In this document: positions 10,805 to 25,700 of the stretch, in pieces | How positions within the stretch are numbered: position 1 is the first letter of the stretch | Layout of the letters: every line of letters begins with the position of its first letter | DNA from: Perkinsus chesapeaki ATCC PRA-425 | Lineage: Eukaryota; Protista; Perkinsozoa | Length of the DNA stretch: 42,554 nucleotides | Direction: 5' to 3' | Assembly (NCBI GenBank): GCA_013115145.1 | Contig: JAAPAO010000287.1 | Span: 1 to 42,554 of the forward strand | Program-made: the position numbers and the translations under genes | Notes under the pieces: generated by a model | What the model saw: only the letters and a program-made list of their open reading frames with translations | The model's database searches: none | What the model was told of the DNA's origin: nothing

Positions 10805-12277
10805 TTACAGGGGGTTGGGCAACAAGGTCTCCGCCAGTGATTCAGCGGTAGTACACCGTCTCTGTCTTAGCATACCTTTTCTAATGCTTTCGGCGGTGCA
10901 TCGGGGGCTGCGGGCGATAGGGACGGGTAATGCTTGGTGGAATTTCGATCCCTGTGGCTTGATAACTTGTCATATCAATTTCGAGGGCGTGTTATATGCG
11001 AATCAAGGTATTGCTGATTTGTTACTAAGTTGGCGGCGTGAATTTTGTATACGGTACTTGATGCGAAGTTGCATTACTGCTGTCTGTGGACCCTCGATTC
11101 CTGACCAGTGGGAGGTTCCTGTCCCGATTAAAGGGTTCGGCGTTAGCTGGGACTAATAGTAGGGTCACCCTGTCCCATTTAGGCTCGGCGCTCATTAATG
11201 CACGGAAGGTTCCTGCCATCCTATCCAACCAAATAGCCGCACCGGTAGTAGGGTTTGCAGTAATTAAGAGTGAGCCGTGATCCGTTTGTAGGCTGTACGA
11301 ATAGGTTGGCATCAACCGACTGCTGCGGGTTTCGCTACTTGGCAGCCTGGGCAGAGGGGAACCAGACGGATGAGATTCTCTCGGATGGGAACGACGTTGG
11401 TGCCTTCTCTTTGGAAATGGTATGATACATTGGAGGTGGCCGTGAGCGAATTTGAGATCTAAAATTTGTATAAACTAATGAGAGCTGAAACTCTTGCCTT
11501 GTAAGTACTTTGAAAATATTGATCGGAGTCGTTTCAATATAATCCACTGGCCTAAATCCAGTTATTCGATGTGTAACGGACCATGTCACCGAAACCGTGT
11601 GATAAAATGCGGCCATGGATTATCTCATAGCACAACACTTCATCCAGCCTCGGGGCTCCTTGGATCCTCTAGGCTGGAAAGTGTAGTCACACTTGGGCCT
11701 CTCACCAAAGACGGAACGTGGGGTACAGACGACGGATAAGCTCTGTTGAGCTCGCGGTCTCGAGAAGGGCCGGGGCCCAGCTCCTTTGTGCGCCAGTACG
11801 ACTAATCGCAGTGCTGTCACGTGACGTGATCAAGAGATTCTGTCAGCTGTGCACGTTAGAAACTGTTACGGGTAGGTGCTAGTAAATCCTTGGTGCGCCG
11901 CACTGAGGTGAGTGCACTTGTGGCCCGAATGATCTGATACTGGAAAGTATGTGAGTATTTGAAGAGTACGGGGTGTTCAACTCTCCAGCTTTCGTCTGCA
12001 TTCGGTGACAACGTTGGTGATATTATGTAGATATGCTGATTGATTACAACAATCTCAAGTGGCCCACTTACAGAGCGAGTTAGGGACGGTGCGGGCCGGG
12101 CATGTCATCTCCATGGACCACCAACGCAACACTATCAAACAGATACTCAGACGCAAGATTTCCGGCCAAACTCTCACCATGGTGACCGACTACGGATTCA
12201 TCTTTGGCATATACGTGGTTCCCACAACGGCAATATATTACGCGAGTCCCGCGCTGGAAGATATCTTTAACGGTCAT
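10805..12277 (-). CDS. Hypothetical multi-exon protein, convergent with RRP5; model partial
   Basis: Several phase-consistent 36-46 nt GT-AG introns join open exons (e.g. ...VVGHH/VLRWWSMEMTCPARTVPNSL/SYLHNIT...; ...ENLIRLVPLCPGCQ/PTNGSRL...). I could not close the full model and recognise no family. Confidence 0.4.
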
Positions 12278-12629
12278 GAATGATGAGTGCTCTAGTGACT
12301 ATTCGAACAAACTAGTTCGATTAATTGTCACGAGAGAATTATTGTTGATGGATATATTTGAACGTTTACGTTGGCTTTGTATTCTGCAGACAAAAACACT
12401 CGGGGATATATACCGCAGTGGGCAGGACCACCGTCGCTCTCGCAATCATGACTACTCACCGGTTTGGTCGTCAGGTTTCGTCTTCCAATATAATGAGTTG
12501 TTTTCTTGTTTACTTGATAGAGTAGCGAATGATTCTGGTGGTGGGTCGAAGATTTCATCTTCGAAACGAAATTCCAACTGTGTTAACCGAAGTTTTCTTT
12601 AGCGAATGCTTTGGTTAGGTACCATAGGC

Positions 12630-13733
12630 ATGGATACTGGGCAACGCGAAAGAAGAACCTTCACTTTACTAAAAAAAGGTGAACTGACCACGCGACTCAA
12701 CGGCGATCAGAAGCATGATCTTTTTTGTCAGGCCACATAAATTCCACCTTGCTGTTGGGTTTGGCAAACGGAAGAACTCATATAAAAGCATGTATGTTGG
12801 TAGCAGAAAGGATAACTCCTACTATAAGCCTATAAAGAATTACTGCAGATTTTAGGTTTAAGGAACATGCGGTTTCAGATGATATTGCGGTGGTTCGTGT
12901 TGTCAATTGGTGAAACCCTTCCCGTACAGTGAATGTCACCTGTGATTTTCGGCACTAGTGTTATAGAATGAATCAGCGTACAATGCGCCATGAATGTGGC
13001 GCGCTTCTGATGAACGTATTTGGTCGAGAAAAGCTACGAGATGACGGTACCTTGTTAGAATTTGTAGAGGAGCTACAGCACGGAAACTGCCCTAGTGAAA
13101 GGTGCCAGCTTTTCTGTTAACAACGCGATACGAATGGCCTTTGTTGGTAGATTAAGGAGCGAGCTTGATGAAGTTAGTAAACACCTGTATAGTCGGGTAG
13201 AAGAATTGGAAAAGGCTGGGTGTGAGTCTGTGAACAGTACCAGCCCACACACCCCCTCAAGCGGAGAGGCAGAAGTGAACAGGCAGAACCGGCTGAAGGC
13301 GGCCGATTGTTTTGGTAAACATTGATGGTTACGGAAGTCCTCTTCGATTTGCCCGGTATTCCTATATACAAAGCCTCGAGAACATCTGGTACCACTAAAA
13401 CGACTATGAATTATTCTCAACTGGTCTACATGAGATTAGCCTCAACATGATTAGAATACTTTGTGATACAATTTATTTTTCGTGATAAAGTCTTCATCAT
13501 AAAATATAAAGCTTTATTCCTGCCAGTAGCTCACTAGCTATGACTCATAGCCTAAGAGTCGTCGGCGATAGCTCGTCGCCCAGGACAAGCTCCCACCATC
13601 TTTTTCAGAAGCTCTTGGAGCAAGATTTAAATTAAGCCTGCTTGAAGAAGAGCTTGATGATCTACGGGAGAGGCATAAACATGCGAAGATAATAGTTAAG
13701 CGGCTCAGCTCAATATTAGAGCACCAAACGTGA
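12630..13733 (+). CDS. Hypothetical coiled-coil protein, multi-exon
   Basis: Exon-like segments MDTGQRERRTFTLLKK, RLRSELDEVSKHLYSRVEELEK and ARFKLSLLEEELDDLRERHKHAKIIVKRLSSILEHQT* are bounded by GT/AG. One junction could not be resolved. Confidence 0.4.
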
Positions 13734-14579
13734 GCGCATCTTCCAGTTGCGATCTTAGCATTTTGCTCAGCGAGGACGGCGAGATCGTCAAGGGCTGCCT
13801 TCAGGCATTAGAAAGATGCCTTGACACGTAACATGGTACTCCTGTATCATCGAAAGGAAGGATTGTGTTGTTGGTGTCAGAGAGTCTGAGGCTGGAATGT
13901 CATCTTGATGGACGATTGATCATCATCACACTAGCGGGGTGATATGCCATTTTTAATGACTCCACAAACAGTCCTTACTGTTATTTCCTGTCGGTAGCCC
14001 ATACACGACGGAGCAGGGAGTGACCCCTGTTATTCGTTACTACCCGATTGGTAGCGACGTACGCACATGTTGCGCGGGGACCGCATCTAAGTATTCCACG
14101 AGGCATGATTATTTCTGCATTCGTAGTCAGTTTAAATCACAATTATTTCCTATCGAGCTTCATCAGCTATGATGTTAGCGGTTGAGAGTCTCTACTGATT
14201 CTTTACTCAAGATCCCTTGTTTCTACTGGCAACTAGTGGCAACGTGGCAAAGTAGTATATTCTCGAGTGAGTACTACCCACTAAGTACTCTACCTAAGTG
14301 TTTAGGCAGTATTTAGCTAGATAGCTGTTATATGTCTTATTGGCTGTCTAAACGTCTATTAACCTACATCGGGGCATGGTAGCCAAGTCACCACATTCGC
14401 AAGACAATCTCGCCGAGACTTGAATGTAGAGTTCACGCAGTTCCTTGACTTGTGAACACATAATGGACATTAAGCCGACTACGTACAGATACGACTCTGA
14501 ACAAGGGTTAGAAGATACGAGTGAGCATCCTGTAATATGTTATTCGATAAATCTACAATATACACTTTAGTAGGCCGAA

Positions 14580-15620
14580 TGCCCAAAGGTTTGGAGTGCG
14601 CCGTTGGAGCCTAAAGGGGATGATAGAGAAGTGAGCTTCCACGAGAGCTTGATCAAGCGCATTCGATTTCAAGATCCGGAAGTTAAAGTCGAAGATGGCT
14701 AAGATCCGCCAGAAGGCTGAACGAGCGAACGAGGTTGACATTTCTGTCGGTCGCATGGATGCTTTATCTCGAATGAGCATGTGTTTGATGAGAGGGACAG
14801 AGGATCGTACAGGAAAGCTTGACTGTAGCGATGACGAAGCTACTACTGTAACTTCCCATACCTGTACTCCTGACTATGTGTTGGTAACTGGCAGGAAGGG
14901 CCTAAACCAGAGGGTAAATGGTAAGGATTGTGTAGTCCTCCGAAACAAGACCGTACCAGTTCGCAGGGGTGTACGGCCGTCTTAATATAGATCATGACGG
15001 AAAGCCGGTTTATTTAAAAGTGCAAGAGAAATGTGATGGGACTATCAATTGGACCGCTGCTGCATGGAATGTGCTCTGCAAAATGGCCCATGACGTACCT
15101 ATCACTCGTGAGTAAGAACTATCCATTGAGGTAGACGAAGCGAGCACTGTCAGACTCTCCCCTAGATTTGTTAATAGAGTTTTCAAGGATATGAAGAGAG
15201 TCGAATTCGATATACCATTCCCGAGGTTGAGCCAAGGTAAATACGGCAATCTTGCAAGCCACTACCAAGTGTCGCTCTTTATTAGACACTTGTGGGGCGG
15301 AAGGAATGAACCCATCCTCGTCAGCGGAGGTCTTTCTTATTGGCAATGACATAAGATGGGTATCTTTAGGTTGGCATTATGACTGGAAGGTCCATCGCTG
15401 GATCGGAGGCCTCTTCTGCCGCGGAACCATTGCCTGAAGAATTTCGGACGGTAACCGATGCACAGATGTGGTTTTACTTTTGCGAGAATACTGGTTACTG
15501 GTGAGGACACTCTGTAGATATGATGAGTCCCTAGGAATGGTGAGTGTTATAAGGCAATGCGTTAAGGTACATTTCTCCCCGTATTGACCATGCTCTAGCA
15601 TTTGCTCGATGCGCTGGAAG
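14580..15620 (+). pseudogene. Possible decayed ORF or transposon relic
   Basis: Long protein-like stretches interrupted by isolated stops (e.g. WNVLCKMAHDVPITRE*ELSIEVDEASTVRLSPRFVNRVFKDMKRVEFDIPF...). No diagnostic domain recognised. Confidence 0.2.
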
Positions 15621-15946
15621 ACTCACTCCAGCACAGGCCGATCCGAGCCTGCTGGGAGGCCACAGCGGCCCGTGGGAGGTTTATGATAAGATAACGCGTA
15701 ACACTATAGCAGCGACAGTTAATGAGTGTACTTTTGTCGCAGGCGAATTCGTCTTCGATCCATGTGTTGTTGTCGTACCGTGTGGCAACAATGAAGAGAT
15801 ACTACAAAGTCATTCTTGAGACAGCACTCTATTGAGTTAGACAAAGTTTGGGAAACGTGGCACGTGAATTTACTTACGCTGGCAACGCCAAGAGAATCCT
15901 GCAACACATTTCGTATCGCACTTGCACCCCACCCACTTGCACCCGA

Positions 15947-16016
15947 AACCAACTGAGCTGGACCAGCTCAGTTGGTTCGATCGAGATAGGTAGGCTCACT
16001 GTGAGCCGCTCACAGT
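15947..16016. repeat. Cluster of perfect inverted repeats with 1-nt spacers
   Basis: AACCAACTGAGCTGG-A-CCAGCTCAGTTGGTT (15947-15977), GGCTCAC-T-GTGAGCC (15993-16007) and ACTGTGAGC-C-GCTCACAGT (15998-16016). Confidence 0.85.
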
Positions 16017-16314
16017 AATCCATGGCTTGCACAAACTCGACTTAACCCAACACAAAGGGTTACGACTATGAAAGTCTTTCGTTGACAGCATCTGATATGA
16101 AAGATTATTTCTAGCAGAACATTTTAATTGCCTGCAGAAATGAGCCAGACCTTATCTGAGTGGGTCAGATGCCACTCTGAGGATTGGTCTAAACTGAGAC
16201 TCACGAAGTCATACACGAGAAGTTATTTCCAAAGAATATCACGGTCTCTCTGGTGGTTCAAGGCAGTATGGCCACCGTGAGCAAAAGAGAGAGGGTGTAT
16301 CCTTGCTGCGAGGA

Positions 16315-17142
16315 CTATTCCAGTATAATGGTACGGTTAATAAACGGAATAGTGGTGTTCGCAATTAGTTTGCCAAGAACACTCCCTGAAACATCTATAG
16401 CTCCCAACAACTTCCATTTCTTAAAGCTGTCATCCAAATTACTGAAAGTGAGATACGCTATAGCTTTAGCAGTAAAGACGTGAACGAGCGATGTTTTATA
16501 ATTATAGCGCATGTGCGAGCCTGCTTCGGGACCATCTTCACTGAATACATAAGAGTAAGGCGCGGTGAACCCACCATGGATGAGCTGTCTCGAGTATGCG
16601 CTAAAGTCTATGAACAACTTTGCATTGTAGAGCACTGATAGGAAACCTTCAGTAACCTTGAGGGGCGGCAAGGGCTCTTCAGCAGTGCAGATTGCGAGTC
16701 CAACCGCTACCACCGATGGCTTGCCATATTGAACGACCTTCGCGCACCCACCGAAATGACCACGCAAGCTTACATAGTTCTTCCCAGTGTAGGTGGCAGT
16801 GAAGCCAATCATTGTAGAGTTGTTAGGGTCGATAATATCTGTCAAGTTTAGACGAGCATCAATTCTCGAGTTGTCACCATTCTTCTGGAGGTTACCGTAG
16901 AAACAAAAGCTCAAACCGGTCTTGTTTTTGCTTGTCGAACAGCCAGGCGGAACATCAAAGTCACCAGCTGCTCCAAGAGTTCCTCTATCTACCAAATCCT
17001 CAATTGGGAAGTTGTCTTTTAGGTTGCGCGAGCCAAGAAATTGGGGTGCGGTTTCTACCGATTTGAAGTAATTGTTAGGGATCGACTCGCAGACGCCACA
17101 GGCAACGTATGATCCAATAATGATCACCAGGTAGCAAATCAT
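16315..17142 (-). CDS. Intronless 275-aa predicted secreted or surface protein of unknown family
   Basis: Single ORF with a hydrophobic signal-like N-terminus (MICYLVIIIGSYVACGVCES), Cys residues and several N-X-S/T sequons (NKT, NLT, NNS, NST, NTT, NRT). No internal hydrophobic anchor is evident. Confidence 0.75.
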   Translation of the reverse strand: MICYLVIIIGSYVACGVCESIPNNYFKSVETAPQFLGSRNLKDNFPIEDLVDRGTLGAAGDFDVPPGCSTSKNKTGLSFCFYGNLQKNGDNSRIDARLNLTDIIDPNNSTMIGFTATYTGKNYVSLRGHFGGCAKVVQYGKPSVVAVGLAICTAEEPLPPLKVTEGFLSVLYNAKLFIDFSAYSRQLIHGGFTAPYSYVFSEDGPEAGSHMRYNYKTSLVHVFTAKAIAYLTFSNLDDSFKKWKLLGAIDVSGSVLGKLIANTTIPFINRTIILE

Positions 17143-19182
17143 TTCAAAGAGCGTCCGAGGGGGAATACTCGCTTGGGCGAGACGCGAAGTGCAACAGTGC
17201 GGCGCCTGTCACCCGACACGGTTCTGTTTTACTCCTGGGCGATGTGCGTGCCATGTGGTCTGACTGACTCAGTTAAACTGAGGGCGTCTAAGAGTACCAC
17301 AAAGTCTAATACTGCTGAAGCTAATTTGCTGTAGCCTGGTTTACCGGGAACCAAATTTCCATGCCGACTTAGATAATGATGCGGCACACAATCCTAGTGT
17401 GGCGATCTTGTGAAGACACGGCCAACGTTGTGTGGAACGGTTAGGAAAATGAGTACGTATTTGCTAGTGTCTTTCCTAGGATAGGGTGCCTCATTCTGTC
17501 ACGGAATTTGTGTATCCACCAGTTCAGGTTTGGCTGGAGATTGCAGTATAATTTAGATTGCTTAGGCGATGTGTGGGGCTTTGCGGACATCGGTTATCTG
17601 ATCTACACATCCGCACGCATGCGTTGGGGTTGTCTGCGCGGTTAAAATTCCGTGCCAAAATCTTGGACGGCTCGGTTCTGCTCGGAGCTTTGGGGTGTTT
17701 GAGTCTGCCCGGGTTCACAGAGCCCGTGGCCCGGACTGGCCATGTGACTCACATGAAGTACGGACAGAGACTCAAAGTGCGAGCATCTCCAAGTCGTTTT
17801 CAGGAACGGACGCCTAACATCATTTTGCGCGGCTGCAAAGAACTTATGTTAGGATGACCGTGTTTCCCGGGAGTGGAGGGATGGGCCAAGAAAAACCTCA
17901 CGTGAGACGTGAGGAAGATTCAATTATTACACCGAACGCGGATAGATTCAAGACTCTGAAACTGAAAGATATGTGGCGCGCGGGATATCCTGCCTTGCGC
18001 AGCCGTAATACCGCGCGGTGGCTGGTATCGCGTGTCTTTCGAAAGTATTCTATTTTACCGAGGCAGTTCTGCGCGCGCGGAAAATTTCGCGCGCCGGTAT
18101 CTTTGCACCCAGGCATGAAACGGTTGATCGATTTACATGTTCTTCCTTGCTGTGTCTTCTAGGACTATGCTACAGTATTTTAAGGTCGTACACTCAGTAG
18201 CAGACGAGAAATCGTTAAAAAACGAAATATTCTATTCCATTGGGGAGGGCTGTATACCGCGCGCGTCCACCGCCGCAGAAGGCAGTGGCGTTGCTTCGCC
18301 CTCATGATTTTTACCGGCCAATCCTTGATCACCCGGGTCACACGTGTCCGGAGTACTCTCCGATTGACTTCGCAAACTAGGAGATGATCTCATCGTAAAT
18401 CATAATTACGTTTCTCTACCACAACATTGCGATACTTGCAATCGTCACCATGAATCATGGTCCATGATCAACTGCGACCATCAGTATAGTATGGCCGGCG
18501 ACTCTGGCATCCCAATACTTTATGAGCAGTAGTATTGAGACTAATTCTTGAGTTACTCTGCTCAAGATACCCGAGCAGCTACATCATCACAAGTAGCGTG
18601 CTAGCCAACTACAAAAGCAGGGCCGTGCAAATGCTCACAACTATGCGTGGGCGAAACGGGAGCGATTTATTTCCAATATAGCGGGAATGTAGATGCAGGC
18701 GACGCTAGCGAAATGATCCTCCTACCCCAGGCTTATCTAGCGTATTTCTCATACAATGAGAGCCTTGTTTAGTAACAGGGACCGGTAACGCTTAGCTTCA
18801 AAGGAAGACGTTCGGCTGGGCTCTGAGCTGCGCGTAACGTAGCTGCAGGTCTCCCTTGCAGTTTGCTACTTGTTGAGGACTTTAAGGACACTCGGAGTCG
18901 CGTTGCCAACGCGGCGTTGGACAAAGACTGCCTACTAAAACAGGTTGGGACTATCGATCGGACCTTGCGACAAAAGGTGTTTATCCAATGTCCACGGCAG
19001 GGATACGGGGGGTCTATATCAAGCGGCATGACTAACTCATAGTTACTAGCTTACTGTAATGTAGGACAAGAACATAGTCAGGTAGGCGTGGCATATAAAA
19101 GCTACAATCGAACTACCACCTACTACAGACTTCGAACGATCACACTAGCTTGTGTACCACTGGGCCTATACCATAGTAGCAG

Positions 19183-19405
19183 CTCCTTAAGGAAGGAGCC
19201 TAGCTTAGGCTACGTAAGTTACTTAAGGAAGGCGCATATCCCTGTAACATAGGAGGCCAAGGACCTAACGATAGGACCTTAAAGGGAGAATCTTAAGGTT
19301 CTATGCTAAGGTCCTCAGGGAAGGGTTACGGTGTTTATGTGTACAGTGGGTCTATTACATAGTAGCAGTAACATAAAGTAACATAGTAATAGTACAAGTA
19401 ACACA
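19183..19405. repeat. Low-complexity CCTTAAGG/TAAGG and GTAACA repeats
   Basis: Repeated CTTAAGG(AAGG), CCTA/TAGG palindromic words, followed by several (A)GTAACA copies. Confidence 0.5.
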
Positions 19406-19460
19406 CTGTATGTCGCTGCCCATTTACCAGCGCTTGTTCAGTTGAAACTTGCGCGCGATA

Positions 19461-19495
19461 GACGCGAGTTCGAACCCTGGCACGTGTATTTTTAG
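19461..19495 (+). pseudogene. tRNA 3'-end-like element upstream of ArfGAP
   Basis: GCGAG-TTCGAAC-CCTGG-CACGTGT-A-TTTTT-AG has the same register as the RRP5 intron elements. Its AG lies 41 nt before the ATG. Confidence 0.55.
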
Positions 19496-19515
19496 TCTAT
19501 TTTTCCCTCGACTAG

Positions 19516-22595
<3,080 letters not shown>

Positions 22596-22722
22596 CTTGT
22601 GTATTATTTGATAGACTGCTTGTCTGTGCGTTTTCCAAAGGGAAGTGACGTGTTTTGAGTTGGTATAAGCGAAGCCGCAAAATTGTTGTTCCAGTTCCTT
22701 TCTGTTATCTCATCCAGCTCGG

Positions 22723-25700
22723 ATGAGTACACCTACGGAACCGTCTGCTCCTGCGGCAGCAGCAGAGGCGTCCTCGAATAATACGAATAACGAAGGTGAA
22801 TCCAAGAAGCCTGAGGTTGAAGATGCTGTTGAAAGGAGAAAGAGGCAGTTGGAGAATTTGGGTAATGATTGGGCAAGGGAGCGGTATGAGTTTATATTCT
22901 TGATCGGTGGATGTACGGTATTGAGGTATAATAGTTTGATGAAGAGAAGCGTTTATAGTAAATCATGTATCAACTATATCACGTAGCGCTTGGACGCTTA
23001 GATAAAGACTATAATTACCAACATGTGCGTCTGGGAGAGAATTCGGAGATTCGGTAGCACCGCATCATTGCCACCAGATTGACGACAGCGTTTGCTCGGT
23101 CGATCACACCCTGCCCATAAATAGTGAGATGTGCACACCATTAACCTTTGATGGAGGGTAAATGTCATATCGCATACAGTACGCGCAGGTGCCAAAAATG
23201 CAGTAAAAACGTTTTGAGAAAACTCGACCTGTGAAGCATTTTAGCGATACAACAGCATTAAGAGAGCATATACACAAAATTTCAGATTCATATGTGGTCT
23301 GGTTAAGAAACTATGCCGGTGACACCAAACGCGCGCTTTAGATTGCGCGTACTGTAGAACCTTAGCAATATTGGATATTGCTAGGGTATCTATTTTATGT
23401 ATGTTATGAACAATCGGATGTTGGGGCCATGCAGGGTCGGACTAAGATACGCGTTACCGATGAAGAATGGCGAGTTTTGAGCGAATGTGTTTCTGAAGAA
23501 TCAGGAAGGCGTTCCGGTTGACCTGGACTATGACTTGTTGTTGTTCTGTAACTAGGTCGATCTGGTGGTGTTTACATTCCTCCCTTCAAGTTGGCAAGAA
23601 TGCAGGCTGAAGCTGCTAAAGAAGCCAAGGACCCTTTTGGTGACCAGACGGAGGGGGGAGGCTATAGTATTGTTGATGTTAGGTGCGGAGGTTCAACGGC
23701 AGGAGTGGGAGGCATTAAGGAAGTCTATCAATGGATTGGTTAATAAAGTGTCTGTTGGCAATATCAAAGATATTGTGCGAGGAGAACTCTTTACTTTGAA
23801 CCTCCTTAGAGGGAAAGGTCTCTTCGCTAGAGCTGTCCTAAGGGCTCAGATGGTAGGGGGTGGGTTGGTCGGATATGGGATTGAGTTGGACACGTAGGCC
23901 TCCCCCGGCTTCACTCATGTATATGCGGCATTGGTGGCGGTGGTTAACTCCAGACTGCCGGAGGTTGGAGAGCTTATTGCTAATAGGACGGCCTTGATGT
24001 TTCGGTAGTAAAGGGGCTTAGCGGCGTCGGTGGGGAAAGTTCGTATGGCGCTCGACGTAGATGGTCTGGTCGGAGGATGATTGGCTGCTAAACGTATTGT
24101 CTAATATCATGCTCAGTAAGTATTGTTGATATATTTTGCATGAGCTTCAAACTAACATAGCAAGCAAAAGCGATTGGGGTTGCCGTTGCTGTATCAGATG
24201 TAGACTTCTTCGTTATTATGTTATAGTCCCAAAAACCTGTTATCGCCTACTCTAACCTATTCACCTGTATTACCACTTGAGGCCCGTTTGATTCAAACAC
24301 ATGGCATTTGTGAGTTTCATTTCCATATTTTTCTGTTTAGGCGTGCCTATGCTAGAAATGATAAGATCGTTCTGACGGCAGCCTGTAAGATGCTGGCACA
24401 TCTGATGAATCAGAAGGTTGTGTCGGAGTAAGTCGTGCTTAATGGAGGGGGAGGAATCTTGCCCCAGTATCGACGCCTTTGTGGGGGATTCATCTTGCAA
24501 TCCGTCAACCTTTCGGCTCGTGGAAACGAGCCATAGTTCTTGACGTGGCCCAACAAATTGATCGTCAAGATGTAGATCTCATGGATGCAGGCTACTGGGG
24601 GCCGTTCGAGCTGGGCGTGAAGCTTAGGACTTGAAAATATGGTGAATTAGGAACTCAGCAAGATGGATATAATCGTCATTTTGACGGTCAATGGGTCGGA
24701 GCCCGTATTTTTGTTCTTCTCCGAAGCATGGTTGCTTGATTTTTCAGGTTTACTATTATGAGAGTCTGTTTGTTGTTTTTGGAGGAGTTGACCACAGACA
24801 GTGTTGAGGTATGTTGCCAATTGCTAACTGAATGTGGTCAAGTGTTACAAGAGATGAATAAAAAGGCAATGATGATATTAACATCGAGGTTGAGAAAGAT
24901 ACTTCATGAAGGTAGGAATGGTGGTATCTTTAAAATCTATGTAGTGCGCGGCCGCAGAATTGAACCAAGAAGTTATCTAAAGTCTTATCCGGCCTTTTTT
25001 CATCTTAAGAATATAATAGAGTTTCACCCGTTATATGTAAAATGCCAATGAAAAACGAAATTCGTAATTCGCAAATACCTGCTGGTGTTATTACATTCGT
25101 ATGTAATATGCGCCATTTGCGGGTGAATTTCTTTTCGAAACTCAGTTATATGCTCTTCGCTATTGTCTTGGGGACTCGAAGGATTCTTTTCTTTCGACTT
25201 GGTTGGGTTACCGGTGGACCGGTTCAAATCCCGACTGGGTTCTGATGCGAATGTCCTTCAGGTCAACTTGACAACAAACGCGTTCAGTATGCCATCGAGA
25301 ACTTCTTTGCTATACTTCGGCAGAATTTCGCCCCTGACCATATTGGAGTTGTGCCAGAGTTAGAATTGATAGACGAGGAGGACCAGTAGGAGGAGGAGGC
25401 CTCCAGGAGAGGGCTATGGGATATGCACGCATGCGTTTGGTAGGTATACCCATGACATCGCTATAAGAGATGGTAAAATTGACGGTGAGAATATCTTGAA
25501 TATTTTCCGAGCGGAGCCACCTGAGCAGTAAGCCTTGGGGTAGAGTGGGTGGTTGAGGAGGTTGGTTAAGATACAAAAAGGAAGAAGGTGAATGGAAGTC
25601 ATTTAGCAAGTCCTTGTTGGGAGGGGAAAGTAGCGAGTCTGAAGGGGAGAGTGATGGTGGTAAGTTTGTGGACATTATTAACTGTATATAAGACCCTTAA

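Noticed and set aside
11025-11315. YSLQTDHGSLL...AAIWL resembling the Ty3/gypsy RNase H TDH motif
   Set aside because: No adjacent RT or integrase motifs, and the region is better explained by a spliced gene in another frame.
11817-11826. GTCACGTGAC E-box/CDEI-like palindrome
   Set aside because: Single occurrence inside a probable gene body, with no AT-rich centromere-like context.
12080-12277. Yippee-like look of CRCGNH...YLFDSV
   Set aside because: The YLFDS part falls in a probable 46-nt intron, and the second Cys pair of Yippee is absent.
17985-18300. CGCGCG-rich block with short palindromes
   Set aside because: No defined terminal repeats, period or ORF could be supported.
24500-24530. 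GGCTCGT-GGAA-ACGAGCC GNRA hairpin in a CWC22 intron as a snoRNA
   Set aside because: No C/D or H/ACA boxes found in a suitable arrangement; one 7-bp hairpin is insufficient.
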